DNA of 64,000 nucleotides. Source: an uncultured Nitrospiraceae bacterium (GTDB lineage: Bacteria; Nitrospirota; Nitrospiria; Nitrospirales; Nitrospiraceae). Made by a program: the position numbers and the translations under genes. The notes under the pieces were generated by a model. The model searched no databases, was not told the DNA's origin, and was given only the letters and a program-made list of their open reading frames with translations. The stretch covers positions 2,112,001-2,176,000 of the forward strand of contig CAWJWJ010000002.1 in the NCBI GenBank assembly GCA_963846575.1, read 5' to 3'. Positions 26,828 through 37,474 of the stretch are shown here, in pieces; within the stretch, counting starts at the first letter, position 1; each line of letters begins with the position of its first letter.

Positions 26828-28612
26828 CTAGCCCCGCTGCGCGATCTGGTAGAGAACCAGACCGGGCTTCAACTGCGCTCGCGGGAGAATACTCTGATGC
26901 ATGCGAAAGGTTGACAACTTCATCACGGGAGTAACGGACTGAACTTGAACTCCCGCGATAGTGCATGCATCTGCGACCGTCGCCGGGCCAACGACAAACA
27001 CCACCGATCCTGGCGCCAGGATCGGGGTCAGCCATTGAATCCGCGCTCCAATCTCCTCCGGTTTTTCGTACATGCTGAATGGTATCCACTCATACACGAG
27101 GTCATAGCGCCTCGTCTGTGCCTCCGCCTGGTCTGCACGTGGCCGCATACGCACCTGGGGCAACCACGCCAACCGTTGTGCTCGAGCCCATTTATTCCAT
27201 AACAGCTGCGCTTGCCGCTGAACAAAGGCCGGATGATCGTATAGGACCGTATAGGTCCGGCAGCGATCATTGGTGAGGTACGTGGTGAGCGCGCCGTCGA
27301 AGCCGCTGATTAATACATGGCCGGCCTGTGCCAGCCGTGTTGCCAATGACCGGTCCTCCTCGATGAGGTCCTGGAGATAGTCCGCCACAAAGGGTTGAGT
27401 CGCGAGTTCTCCGATTTCACGGTCGTCTTCAGGATAGAGCAGGACGGCTCCGAACGCCGCCTCGGGGCTGACTGATGGTACGACGCCTGCAAACACAGAC
27501 GTCCAATCATCAGCCATCTGAGCAGCCTCCGTTATGGGAGGATCGGTCGGTCTGCCCCAATTGTCTTTCAACGGAACGACCTGCCTGACTGCCCGGTCGA
27601 TCAATACAAGATTCTCCCGATCGACTGCGAGACCGCGTTGACCGGCCGCTATCCCCCGCTGATCGAACGGTTGGTAGGACAAGCCTGCCGGATCATTCGC
27701 GAAGGTGGCCTTCACAACCCGTTGTCCCCGGATCGTCACGCATAGCGAATGCGAGGCTTCGAAATACCGTCTTGGCGGATCAGGCTCGGGATGCCAAGTG
27801 ACGAGATGAGATCGCGGTGGATCCATAAATACTGGAAAGGGATCGCCACCTCCCGATAGACGGGGACGAAAGAAGCCGCTGAAAAGCCGGTACGCCGCTT
27901 CGGAAGGGTATGTCGGAATACCCCGATAACGCAGGGCGCGCGGAGCCGGCTTCTCGCGATTCTGATCGTCGTAGAATCCGCGGATGAGTTCGAACATGGC
28001 AGATCCCGTGCCGGGGAGGAGCGACAGGAACAGTTCCACGACCGGCAAGAAATCGATATTCTCCCAATGCATGGCTCCCATGCAGGCCATGAACTGCTTC
28101 CGTTCAAAAGTCCCGTCCGGCAACAGGAAGATGGCGTCTTTCCGGTGCCGAATCTTCGCAATCCCCTTCGCATCGATGGTCACGTCCTGCTCGCCGTAGA
28201 AAAAACGGACTTCCTCCAACGGCACCTGCATCGCATTCGCCGCCATCCCACGAAGATCGTCAGCACGCAGGCGTTCCCATCCGGACTTTCTGGAGAGGTC
28301 GAGCGTCATGCTATTGACCAGGCCGCTGGGCATCAGCCCGACCCACACCCCCCAATCAAGTCGCAAGCGGGCGCGCGCCAGGCTCGGCGTTCCCTGAACA
28401 AGCTCCCATTCACATTCATGTAACGGATGGCCATCCGGATCGGTCGCAAGCACTCGGTGGCCATGGTGTCCGTAGAAGACGAGATGGCCGGTTGGTTCGC
28501 GCCTCCAGGAAGCGGAGTCCGACAACAGTTGCGGAAGGGCGGAGCGGTTGGAGGGAAAGACAAACGTACCGGGACGTGCGAGGATCTCCTGTATCACGGG
28601 ATCGGACAACAT
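26828..28612 (-). CDS. Hypothetical 594-aa protein
   Basis: Long ORF translationally coupled to proA (TAATG overlap); no recognisable motif. Confidence 0.8.
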   Translation of the reverse strand: MLSDPVIQEILARPGTFVFPSNRSALPQLLSDSASWRREPTGHLVFYGHHGHRVLATDPDGHPLHECEWELVQGTPSLARARLRLDWGVWVGLMPSGLVNSMTLDLSRKSGWERLRADDLRGMAANAMQVPLEEVRFFYGEQDVTIDAKGIAKIRHRKDAIFLLPDGTFERKQFMACMGAMHWENIDFLPVVELFLSLLPGTGSAMFELIRGFYDDQNREKPAPRALRYRGIPTYPSEAAYRLFSGFFRPRLSGGGDPFPVFMDPPRSHLVTWHPEPDPPRRYFEASHSLCVTIRGQRVVKATFANDPAGLSYQPFDQRGIAAGQRGLAVDRENLVLIDRAVRQVVPLKDNWGRPTDPPITEAAQMADDWTSVFAGVVPSVSPEAAFGAVLLYPEDDREIGELATQPFVADYLQDLIEEDRSLATRLAQAGHVLISGFDGALTTYLTNDRCRTYTVLYDHPAFVQRQAQLLWNKWARAQRLAWLPQVRMRPRADQAEAQTRRYDLVYEWIPFSMYEKPEEIGARIQWLTPILAPGSVVFVVGPATVADACTIAGVQVQSVTPVMKLSTFRMHQSILPRAQLKPGLVLYQIAQRG

Positions 28613-29925
28613 TACTCGCGGATCTGACCGCTTCCGAGCACCACGAATTTGGAACAGGTCAGTTCCTCAAGCCCCATCGGGCCTCGAGCGTGGAGGCGGG
28701 AGGTACTGATGCCGATTTCTGCTCCCAGCCCGAACTGATATCCATCATTGAGGCGGGTCGACGCGTTGACGAGCACGGCGCCCGCATCAACCTCGCGCAA
28801 GAACCGCATGGCGTGACCGTAATCCTTTGTTACGATCGCTTCCGTATGCCGAGATCCGTATCTCGCAATATGGTCCAGGGCTTCCTCCATATGCTTCACC
28901 ACTTTAATCGCCAGGATGAGGTCTAAAAACTCGTTGCCGAAATCGTCATCGGCAGCCGGCTTCACGTCGGGACACAACTGACAGGTCTTCGCACAGCCTC
29001 GAACCTCTACCTGGGCGGCCGTCAGTTGTTTGACCAGTGAAGGAAGCCAGGTGCGCGCGAGGCTTTGATGGACCAAGAGGGTTTCCATGGCATTGCAGGT
29101 CGAGGGACGTTGCACCTTTGCGTTCAGACAGATCCGTTCCGCCACCTTGGGGTCGGCATCCGCATCGACATAGATGTGGCAGACCCCTTTGTCATGCTTG
29201 AGCACGGGAATCGTTGCATGCTCGGCGATGGTCTTCATCAGGGAATCGCCGCCTCTGGGTATGATCAAATCGATGAACTGATCCTGCTTGAGCAGCAGCT
29301 GGACAATCTCCCGTTCAGGGCGATCGACAAAACTGATCGCTCCCGGCGGCACGCCGGCCTTCTCGGCTGACTCGCAGAGGACTTTTGCAATGGCCGTATT
29401 CGAATGGATCGCTTCCGACCCCCCGCGCAAAATACAGACGTTCCCTGATTTAAGGCAGAGAGCGGCTGAATCGGCCGTCACGTTAGGCCGGGCCTCGTAA
29501 ATGATACCGATGACGCCGATGGGAACCCGCATCCGGCCGACTTGCATGCCGTTCGGTCTGGTCCACATCTTAGGCATGTCACCGAGAGGGTCCGGCAACC
29601 GGGCGATGTCGCGTATCCCCGCAGCCATCTCTTCAATGCGCTCTGTTGTAAGGCGCAAACGGTCGGCCATTGCCTTGCGGTCGGGCGACGCGTCGAAGAG
29701 TTCGAGATCTTTTTCGTTTTCGGCCAGGAGTTCGGTCACATGTTCCTCGAGACCGTCGGCCATCGCCAATAACGCCTCATTTTTGGCTGCCGTTGGAAGA
29801 GTCGAAAGTCGGCATGAGGCTCCTTTGGCCGATTTGACCAAAGCCGCGATGTAGTCTTCCGGAGACAGTATTTCAGCGGGAGTTTCTTGCTCGGTGGCTG
29901 AGGATTCGGTGAGATCTTGTTCCAT
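28612..29925 (-). CDS. proA: Glutamate-5-semialdehyde dehydrogenase
   Basis: VPIGVIGIIYEARPNVT, IIPRGG, CNAMETLLVH, NASTRLNDG, GAEIGIST.RLHARGPMGL. Confidence 0.97.
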   Translation of the reverse strand: MEQDLTESSATEQETPAEILSPEDYIAALVKSAKGASCRLSTLPTAAKNEALLAMADGLEEHVTELLAENEKDLELFDASPDRKAMADRLRLTTERIEEMAAGIRDIARLPDPLGDMPKMWTRPNGMQVGRMRVPIGVIGIIYEARPNVTADSAALCLKSGNVCILRGGSEAIHSNTAIAKVLCESAEKAGVPPGAISFVDRPEREIVQLLLKQDQFIDLIIPRGGDSLMKTIAEHATIPVLKHDKGVCHIYVDADADPKVAERICLNAKVQRPSTCNAMETLLVHQSLARTWLPSLVKQLTAAQVEVRGCAKTCQLCPDVKPAADDDFGNEFLDLILAIKVVKHMEEALDHIARYGSRHTEAIVTKDYGHAMRFLREVDAGAVLVNASTRLNDGYQFGLGAEIGISTSRLHARGPMGLEELTCSKFVVLGSGQIRE

Positions 29926-30049
29926 GTGCTGGTTTCCTGCTGCCTGGCGACATTTCGGTACTGGGGTCCCGGTATATCAGCCGATTCAAGGGTGAACGTG
30001 GGTCTGACAGATCATAGCGCGACAGGATACTGTGGGATTCGGAGTGGGG

Positions 30050-30691
30050 TCAAGGGTTCCGGGCCGGACCCGGTGCTGCGGGGGCGCCAGGGGCCGGAGC
30101 GCCGGGGAGCGCACCAGGACTTCCCATTTGCGGAAGCACGCCACCCGGCGGCATGCTACCGGGAGGCATGCCGCCGGGAAGCACACCCATCATCGGCGGC
30201 ATCAGCATAGTCATAGAGGATGGGTTGGGATGTTGAAACATCCAGTCGTGATACGATTTGCGGCCCTCGAAATGACGGATCGCCAGGGGAAAATCCCGCT
30301 CTTTGATCGGCTTCATTTTGCTCTTGCTTCGCACGCCCATGATACCACCGGTCGGTGCGCGCAAATATTCCCAGTCTCCTCCTCCCACGGGATCTTGGTA
30401 GACCTTCCGGAGGTAAGGCTTCGGTCCCCGGGTCAGTTCCGACAATGACTGCGGATAGACCTCGGCGCTCATGATTCGCCCGATTTTCATGGTAGCCGAA
30501 TAAAGCGTTAACGCATTCTGGATCTCGATCCCTTTTGCCATGAGGTCGGCCTCTTTATCGCGCTGAACGATGAGCGACCACTGCCGTGCCGTAGCGGAGG
30601 CGGAGATCCCGATCAGTACGATGGAGAACATCAGCGCCAGATAGGTAACGCCGCGGTTATTGCCGATATGCGCAGCCGCGCTCCTTCGCAT
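30050..30691 (-). CDS. Type II secretion minor pseudopilin-like protein with a Pro/Gly/Met-rich tail
   Basis: G/VTYLALMF prepilin-like N-terminus; YPQSLSEL..LRKVYQDP. Confidence 0.8.
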   Translation of the reverse strand: MRRSAAAHIGNNRGVTYLALMFSIVLIGISASATARQWSLIVQRDKEADLMAKGIEIQNALTLYSATMKIGRIMSAEVYPQSLSELTRGPKPYLRKVYQDPVGGGDWEYLRAPTGGIMGVRSKSKMKPIKERDFPLAIRHFEGRKSYHDWMFQHPNPSSMTMLMPPMMGVLPGGMPPGSMPPGGVLPQMGSPGALPGAPAPGAPAAPGPARNP

Positions 30692-30692
30692 C

Positions 30693-31358
30693 CTAGTTAG
30701 GCTGCCCCCCCGTTGCCGACTCCTCGGTGACCGGGATTATCTGCGTAATCTTTGAGCCTATGTCCTGCAACGTGATTTCGGTCGGCGTCATCGCCTTCAC
30801 CAACACTTCGCCGGCAATCGTCTCCCCCACTTGCAGCAGATGCATTTGATCGTCCTTTACCACGACGGCCATCGTCTTCTTCTTCTGAGGTCCGTCTCCC
30901 ACCGCCATGAATCCCACGTATCTGTACAGGTTGAGTTCTGTGGCAATTCTCAACCGCTCAATGTCCTCAGCACTCGGCCCCTTCTCCTCTTCAATTTCCG
31001 GTTCGGGGGTTTGGGGAGGCGGGACGGGTTTGGCCGGCCCGCGGGAACGGCGCCGGGGCGTCGGCTCCGGAACAGGAGGGGGCGCAGGAGGCGGGAGCAG
31101 ACTGGCAAAAATATTGCGCGGCGCCGAAAAGGTCGCCTGGCGCTGTCCTTTAATGGCGGCAAGCCGTTCCAGATGAACCTGTAAACTACCGCTGACCGGA
31201 GTCACCGTAGTACGAGTGGCTACTTTAGGCCCGCTGACATGCGTCAACGGCACTCGCTGAGGCTCAGTGGAATAGCCGAACTGCCAGATAAGCAGCCCGA
31301 TCCATAGCGCCACCAGGCTCGATAACAGCAGAATCTGGTTTTTGCTGATTCGATTCAT
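30693..31358 (-). CDS. PilP/GspC-like assembly protein
   Basis: N-terminal TM, RNIF motif, Pro-rich linker, small beta domain; position after PilO. Confidence 0.6.
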   Translation of the reverse strand: MNRISKNQILLLSSLVALWIGLLIWQFGYSTEPQRVPLTHVSGPKVATRTTVTPVSGSLQVHLERLAAIKGQRQATFSAPRNIFASLLPPPAPPPVPEPTPRRRSRGPAKPVPPPQTPEPEIEEEKGPSAEDIERLRIATELNLYRYVGFMAVGDGPQKKKTMAVVVKDDQMHLLQVGETIAGEVLVKAMTPTEITLQDIGSKITQIIPVTEESATGGQPN

Positions 31359-31363
31359 AGGAA

Positions 31364-31936
31364 TTAGGGGGTCGGGGATTGAAGATGCTCGCCTCGCAAA
31401 TAGGTCGAGATCCGAATGTTAAACGTCAGCTGCTGGTCCTGAACATTGCCCGAACGCACCAGATTCAAGTCCTCAATAAACAGCAGCTCTTCTGCGGACT
31501 CCAGGTTGTGGAGAAACCGCCGAAGGTCTTCGTAATGACCTGTGACCGTCCCCTGCAAAACCGCCTTGGTGGCATTCGGCACCCCGGTTTTCTCCGTCTT
31601 GTAGGACAGCGCCGGTAACGTGACCTGATCGCGCTTGGCCTCTTCGGTCACACCCAGGGCGAGCGGAGCAAAGTCTCTGAATAACGGCAGGACCGCCCAT
31701 ACGCGCTGAAGATCTGCCTTGGCCTTCTTCGCTTCCTTATGTCGGCTGAGTTGCTGCCGCGCCTTCACCCCTTCCGCCTCCAGTCGGACCTGTTCCTGCT
31801 CAGCCGCGCCCAACACCAACGAGTGAATTCCATACGCCAGCACACACAATGTGGCCAGAAACGCGACCCAGGGCAGGATCGGCGCATAGGGTTGCCTCAA
31901 GGCCTGTTGGAATCGGTCAAGACCCGGCAGCATCAT
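31364..31936 (-). CDS. PilO/GspM-like protein
   Basis: TM, coiled coil, then GHYEDLRRFLHNLE ferredoxin-like domain. Confidence 0.8.
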   Translation of the reverse strand: MMLPGLDRFQQALRQPYAPILPWVAFLATLCVLAYGIHSLVLGAAEQEQVRLEAEGVKARQQLSRHKEAKKAKADLQRVWAVLPLFRDFAPLALGVTEEAKRDQVTLPALSYKTEKTGVPNATKAVLQGTVTGHYEDLRRFLHNLESAEELLFIEDLNLVRSGNVQDQQLTFNIRISTYLRGEHLQSPTP

Positions 31937-32559
31937 GGATTACGATTCCGATACTTGATCGACAAATCAAATTCAACCAAACCATTTCCCATATCACGAT
32001 GTTGCCCCAGGACAGGCTCTGTAAATTGAGGATGATCTTGAAAGGTGACGGTCAGGGACGTCACATCCTCCAAGGCCCTCGCGGAGCCAGTCAGCATGAT
32101 CGTGGAACTGGCAGGATCGAGCCGAATACTGTTCACTGCGATTCTCTGCGGGATAGCCCGTTCCAACTCCGTCAGGAACTTCGTCCAGGAGAAACTGCGC
32201 TTCTCGATCAGCTGATTGGCAAATTCGATCTCCTTCGGCAGTATCAGCAAGGCCGCCTCCGAAAGATCGATACCTTCCTGTTGCGCATCTTTCAATAGTT
32301 CACGGTCCCGGTCCAGAACCTGGGTCAGGGCCGATTCCATAGATTCAACCTCCTGCCAAGCCAGCCAGACCCGTGAAACGTCCCAGAGTATAATCACCCC
32401 GATCGCCCCCGCCAGCAGCATGATTCCCAGGCGAAGCGGCGCGAGATACCAGCGGTACCGGCTGCTTAAGTTTATGGCGAATAGGCCGTCACGAGCAGAC
32501 GGCTGCCCCAAACGTGCCACCACGTCACGAAGTGCAGCCATGACATTCCCTACGGCCAT
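31933..32559 (-). CDS. PilN domain protein
   Basis: INL motif, TM, coiled coil, SFSWTKFLTELERAIP. Confidence 0.82.
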   Translation of the reverse strand: MAVGNVMAALRDVVARLGQPSARDGLFAINLSSRYRWYLAPLRLGIMLLAGAIGVIILWDVSRVWLAWQEVESMESALTQVLDRDRELLKDAQQEGIDLSEAALLILPKEIEFANQLIEKRSFSWTKFLTELERAIPQRIAVNSIRLDPASSTIMLTGSARALEDVTSLTVTFQDHPQFTEPVLGQHRDMGNGLVEFDLSIKYRNRNP

Positions 32560-32562
32560 GCG

Positions 32563-33570
32563 CTACACAACCCCCGCGATCGCCGGCAACGTGGCGCTCG
32601 TCTGTGGACCCACAATCGTTCCCCCACCGTATTGCTGAACCCGGTCCCACTCCAGCCCTTTCACAGGCACACCCAGGCCCTTTTCCAACTGCTGCTGCAA
32701 CCCAGCCCCCATGAGTTCATCGGCGACAAGGACCGTTTGAGTAATAGCCAAATCCGGCGTCTGCTGTTGGCAGGCATAGATAGAATCGGCACACTCCTGG
32801 ACAATACGGTCGAGGCCCGCTTGTTCGGACCCCGGCGGCCATGACCCTCCCGATCCGATCCCGGCTTGCAGTTTTGAACGCAGGAAGACCAGCTCCCCCT
32901 TGTGAAAAATAAACGCCGTCACACCGCCGTCCGTCGCATTGACCCACAAAAAGTCGGCCGTCAGCCGTCCGGCTGACAACAACCCCTGCGACCAGAGATT
33001 AAACAGGCGCAGACTCGACACATCCACTTCCTGAGGAATCAGTCCAGCGGCCTCACAGACGGATTCGTACTGAGCCAGCACAGATTCCTGAACCACGACG
33101 GCCAACACCGTACAGGGGCCGTCATCGGCTCCACCAGGCTCCGACAATATCTGCGAAAACACCCTGGCTCCGCTCAAGGATAGCAACTGTTCCTGCCCCA
33201 ACCGCCAACGCACGAGCGCATCGCGTTCCTGGGAACTCCAGGGCAACTCCTGGAGACGCAATACCGCCAGGCGTACGGCGAGATCAGGAAGGATCACGGT
33301 CGCCGCCCGAGGAACCCCTGCTGCTGAGGGTCGATCAGCGGAGCGGGAAATGGCGGATCCGGCGATCGCCCGAATATGAGATTCCAGCTCATGGGGCAAT
33401 ACGATATTAGGCTCCAACGGCGACAGCCGCATGACGCCTTCCGGAAGGGCCGACACCACGCACTGATAGCGCGGCCTCCCTCGCCAGTTCCGATGCACCT
33501 CGGCCCAGGCCAGATCATGGGCGCCGATCTTCAGGCAATATTGCGGACGGCTTGTGGTCCAATCCCACAT
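32563..33570 (-). CDS. PilM/GspL-like cytoplasmic protein
   Basis: Actin-like PilM pattern (VILPD, YESVCEAAGL.P..VD); lies between GspE and PilN. Confidence 0.75.
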   Translation of the reverse strand: MWDWTTSRPQYCLKIGAHDLAWAEVHRNWRGRPRYQCVVSALPEGVMRLSPLEPNIVLPHELESHIRAIAGSAISRSADRPSAAGVPRAATVILPDLAVRLAVLRLQELPWSSQERDALVRWRLGQEQLLSLSGARVFSQILSEPGGADDGPCTVLAVVVQESVLAQYESVCEAAGLIPQEVDVSSLRLFNLWSQGLLSAGRLTADFLWVNATDGGVTAFIFHKGELVFLRSKLQAGIGSGGSWPPGSEQAGLDRIVQECADSIYACQQQTPDLAITQTVLVADELMGAGLQQQLEKGLGVPVKGLEWDRVQQYGGGTIVGPQTSATLPAIAGVV

Positions 33571-33573
33571 CAG

Positions 33574-35307
33574 TTATCGCTCTTCACTAAACGTCACGCG
33601 GTTGATTTCACGGAGCGTGGTTTCGCCGGCCAGCACTTTCTTCACCGCGGATTGCCGCAGCGTGATCATGCCATCCGTCACCGCGCGGTACCGAATTTCG
33701 GACAGCGCACGGTCGGCCAGGATCATTTCCTTGATCTCGTCCGTCAGGTCGAGGAATTCAGTGATGCACTTCCTGCCCCGGTACCCCGTCTCATGGCATT
33801 CGGAGCAGCCTTTCGCTTCATAAAACGGCGCGTTTTTGTACTGGTCGTAATCGAGGCCGGATTCCTCTGCCAGGTCAGGATCAAGTGTGACTTGATGCCG
33901 GCAATCGGGACAAATGATCCGGATCAACCGTTGCGCCAATACGCAAGTCAACGCCGCCAGAAAATTGTACGAATCGATGCCCATGGAGGCGAATCGCCCG
34001 ATCACGTCAAACACGTTATTGGCATGCACCGTCGTCAACACCAGATGGCCGGTCAACGCCGACTGAATGGCAATTTGCGCCGTTTCCGCGTCCCGAATCT
34101 CCCCGACCATGATCTTGTCCGGATCGTGCCGCAGAATCGACCGCAACCCCCTGGCAAACGTGAGTCCCTTTTTTTCGTTGACCGGGATCTGCACCACCCC
34201 CGGCAGCTGATATTCCACCGGATCTTCGATGGTAATCAGCTTGTCTTCCTGAATGTTCATTTCGCTGATGGCTGCGTAAAGAGTGGTGGTTTTCCCGCTT
34301 CCGGTCGGCCCGGTGACCAGCACCATTCCGTACGGTCTCGTAATTGCGCGACGGAATCGCTTGAGGTCTTCGGGATTGAATCCCAGCCGATCCAGCCGAA
34401 GAGTCGAGACGCCGGTGGTAATCGCTTCACGGTCCAGAATGCGGATCACCACAGACTCACCAAACACGCTCGGCAAAATCGAGACACGAAAATCGACGGT
34501 TTTGCGGTCCAGCCGCATCCGGAAGCTCCCATCTTGCGGCACCCGGCGCTCAGCGATGTCGAGATCCGACATGACTTTCAGGCGGGAAACCAAGGGGGGA
34601 TGCAGTTTGACGTCGAGTGGATCCATGGCCGACACCAGAATTCCGTCCACTCGAAACTTCACGGAGGTGGCGCGGTCTGACGCTTCAATGTGAATGTCGC
34701 TGGCCCGCCGCTGCATGGCGCTTAACAGAATCGTATCCAGCAATTTAACGACGGGGTTCTGGTCTTCACCGAAGTGATCGACGGTCAAGACCTCCTCGCC
34801 TCGTTCATCCTCCTTGACCAGGACTGACCGGTACTCGGCTTCCAGCTCGCGAAGCGCTTGACTCGACCCCTCGCTGCGCTCCAAGGCGGCCTGAATGGCT
34901 GACCGGGAACTGACCACATAATGCAAGGTACGATTCAAGAGGATTTCCAGCTCATCCAGAGCGAGGAGGTTTTGAGGGTCCGATATCGCAATGGTCAAGA
35001 CACCCGCCTCATCCTTCACGGGCACGAACGGGTGACGCCGCATCAGCTTCACCGAAATGGTGTGATAAAATTCGGAATCCACGCGGAAACCCGTGAGGGG
35101 ATCGTAGGGAAAGCCGTATTGCGAGGCTAATGCCTGCGCCAATTGAGCTTCTGAAATCACGCCCTCTTCGACTAACGTTTGCCCCAACGCCGTGATGTTG
35201 CCACCTAGACGAGCTATAGCCTGGTCGACGGTCCGCCTCGGCAAAATTCCCTCGCGGACCATCACATCGGCCAGTGATGGACGAGTGAGATGACGTTGCA
35301 TCAGCAT
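33574..35307 (-). CDS. gspE: GspE/PilB family assembly ATPase
   Basis: ASDIHIE, PQDG, GPTGSGKTTT, TIEDPVEY, RHDPDKIMVGEIRD, CPDC/CSEC; MshEN-like N-terminus. Confidence 0.95.
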   Translation of the reverse strand: MLMQRHLTRPSLADVMVREGILPRRTVDQAIARLGGNITALGQTLVEEGVISEAQLAQALASQYGFPYDPLTGFRVDSEFYHTISVKLMRRHPFVPVKDEAGVLTIAISDPQNLLALDELEILLNRTLHYVVSSRSAIQAALERSEGSSQALRELEAEYRSVLVKEDERGEEVLTVDHFGEDQNPVVKLLDTILLSAMQRRASDIHIEASDRATSVKFRVDGILVSAMDPLDVKLHPPLVSRLKVMSDLDIAERRVPQDGSFRMRLDRKTVDFRVSILPSVFGESVVIRILDREAITTGVSTLRLDRLGFNPEDLKRFRRAITRPYGMVLVTGPTGSGKTTTLYAAISEMNIQEDKLITIEDPVEYQLPGVVQIPVNEKKGLTFARGLRSILRHDPDKIMVGEIRDAETAQIAIQSALTGHLVLTTVHANNVFDVIGRFASMGIDSYNFLAALTCVLAQRLIRIICPDCRHQVTLDPDLAEESGLDYDQYKNAPFYEAKGCSECHETGYRGRKCITEFLDLTDEIKEMILADRALSEIRYRAVTDGMITLRQSAVKKVLAGETTLREINRVTFSEER

Positions 35308-35377
35308 CTTGAATCCCCTCCCAACCTACGCGGATACGCCATGCGGACATCGCCCGCCCGCCTCATGCTAACCGTAA

Positions 35378-36592
35378 CTACTGAACAGTCCCCGCCATTT
35401 GGAAAATAGGCAGATACATGATAATGACGATGCCCCCGACCAGGAGACCCATCACCAGCAAGAGGACCGGTTCGATCCAGGTGGTTAACTGACTGAGCCG
35501 CACATCGAGGTCGCCTTCGTAAAATTCAGCCACGTCTCGTAGCATCGGCTCCAAGGAGCCCGTCTCCTCTCCGACCGATAACATTTCAATTGCGAGCTTC
35601 GGCAAGATTTGCGGTCGCTCGATGGCCGCGGCCAGCGTGCTGCCTTCCCGAATTTCATTCACGGCCGAGACCAATCCACGCGAGACAAACCGGTTGGACA
35701 CGGCGCCGCGGGCAATTTCCAGCGCTTCAACTAGAGGCGTGCCGCCGGCCAGAACGGTGGCCAGCGTGCGGGTCAACTGAATCGTATGGTGCTCTACGAG
35801 AATCATCCCGAGGAGAGGCAATCGCAACAACTGCCGGTCCACGGTCAATCGACCGGCTGAAGTCTGGTACCAAGTCCGCCCCATGACCGTCGCCACCGCG
35901 ATGACGATCGCCACCGGGATCAGCTGCGCCTGTCCGATGTGGATCGCCGCAATCAGCACGCGTGTCGGCGTCGGCAAATTGGCCGATGATTCTCCATAGA
36001 CCGACACGAACGTCGGCATGACATAACTCAAGAGAAAGCCGACCACCGCGATGCCGACAACTACCAGAAAGGCCGGATAAGCCAGCGCTTTGGTCACTTT
36101 CTGTCGCAGAGCAATCATTAGTTTTAGATAGGCGATGTACCGCTGTAAAACCTCCGATAAATTCCCCGATTGCTCTCCCGCGCGAATCGTGGCGAGATAT
36201 AACTCCGAAAAATAGGTGGAATGCTTCGCCAGGGCCTCGGAAGCCGAGGCGCCTCCTCGAATATCCTGCCGAACGGCTTTGAGTGCCTCTCGGAACGGAG
36301 CCCGCTGGGTACGATCGATGAGGAGATCCCAGACCCGTAAGACCGGTAATCCGGCCTTGATCAATGCCAGCAGCTCTTGATTGAAGACAAGGAAGTCTTG
36401 AAGGGGAAGTTTGCCCCACCGTCCCCCGCTAAGCCCCGGGACGCCCAAGCCTGTTCCCCGCTTGGCGATACGAAACACCAGGAGCCCGTCGGATTCAAGC
36501 TTTGCGCGCACCAGTTGCTCGTCATCGCCTTCGATATGGCCCTCGAAGGTGGTTCCATCCGCGCGAGCCGCTCTGTAAGCAAACACAGCCAT
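35378..36592 (-). CDS. gspF: GspF/PilC inner-membrane platform protein
   Basis: AGEQSGNL, ALAYP, VGEETGSL, IEP, MYLPIF. Confidence 0.95.
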   Translation of the reverse strand: MAVFAYRAARADGTTFEGHIEGDDEQLVRAKLESDGLLVFRIAKRGTGLGVPGLSGGRWGKLPLQDFLVFNQELLALIKAGLPVLRVWDLLIDRTQRAPFREALKAVRQDIRGGASASEALAKHSTYFSELYLATIRAGEQSGNLSEVLQRYIAYLKLMIALRQKVTKALAYPAFLVVVGIAVVGFLLSYVMPTFVSVYGESSANLPTPTRVLIAAIHIGQAQLIPVAIVIAVATVMGRTWYQTSAGRLTVDRQLLRLPLLGMILVEHHTIQLTRTLATVLAGGTPLVEALEIARGAVSNRFVSRGLVSAVNEIREGSTLAAAIERPQILPKLAIEMLSVGEETGSLEPMLRDVAEFYEGDLDVRLSQLTTWIEPVLLLVMGLLVGGIVIIMYLPIFQMAGTVQ

Positions 36593-36634
36593 GGGATCAT
36601 TGGAGGCAACATATTGCCCGGCTATCGCCGGCGT

Positions 36635-37470
36635 CTATCGAACGAACGCGCCGATGGAGGCTTGCGAGTCCATCTGCTGGATACGGGGCTCCGGCAACCG
36701 GAGCGTTCGACCAGTCACGATGAGGTTGCCGGACAACCGGTTGAGTGATCGAAGCGCATCGAGGCTTACCTTATGACGACGCGACAGCCGCCACAGCGTA
36801 TCGCCTTCCTGGACGGTAACCGTTCGTACTGCTGTCAGTGGTACAATTTCCGGCGTCGCCGCCGGCCCGGTCTCGGATTCTTCTGCACCCTGTCCGGTCT
36901 CGCCTGGAACCGGGGCATTTTCCGGGATGGAGACATCCTCTTTGGCCAGCGGCAGGACGATTGCCTTCTCGCGGGGACCAGCTAGTGCCGGTACGACACT
37001 GTCCGGGCCGGACGAGCCATCTTGCCCATATAGGGCAAGACGGTCGTGGGCTGTCGGAGCCGGCTATGCTGCGGTCGAACGGCTTGCGCGATTCGTTCCC
37101 GTTCCACCCGGGCAGACGCTAATTCCTCACGCTGCAACTCAATGATTTGCCGTGCCTCCCCCAGGCGACGTTCCGTCTCACGCAACATGCCCTGGAGTTG
37201 TGCCTTGGCGACCTGGGCATCTGCCAGGTCTTTCCGCTGATCCTCAAGCTCGGTTCGCAAATCTGCAGCCGTTCGCTGGGCTTCGCGTACCGCCATTTTG
37301 AGCGAGTCCGCCGCCACCTGCAGGTCGGAATGGGGCGGCTCGCCGATCGGCTCCAGTCTTGCGCAGCCAACCCACAGGGGGATGAGCAGCACACTTGCCG
37401 CCCAGCATGCGGCTCTCAGACCGAGGGTTTCTCGACGCACGGGAACATATCGTTGGATCAGGGTGTTCAT
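36635..37470 (-). pseudogene. Frameshift-split lipoprotein with coiled coil and C-terminal LysM domain
   Basis: 5' part (ATG 37470, lipobox WVGC, coiled coil) stops at 36982. The -1 frame is open 37063-36635 and encodes LysM TVTVQEGDTLWRLSRRHKVSLDALRSLNRLSGNLIVTGRTLRLP. Confidence 0.75.
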
Positions 37471-37474
37471 AACA

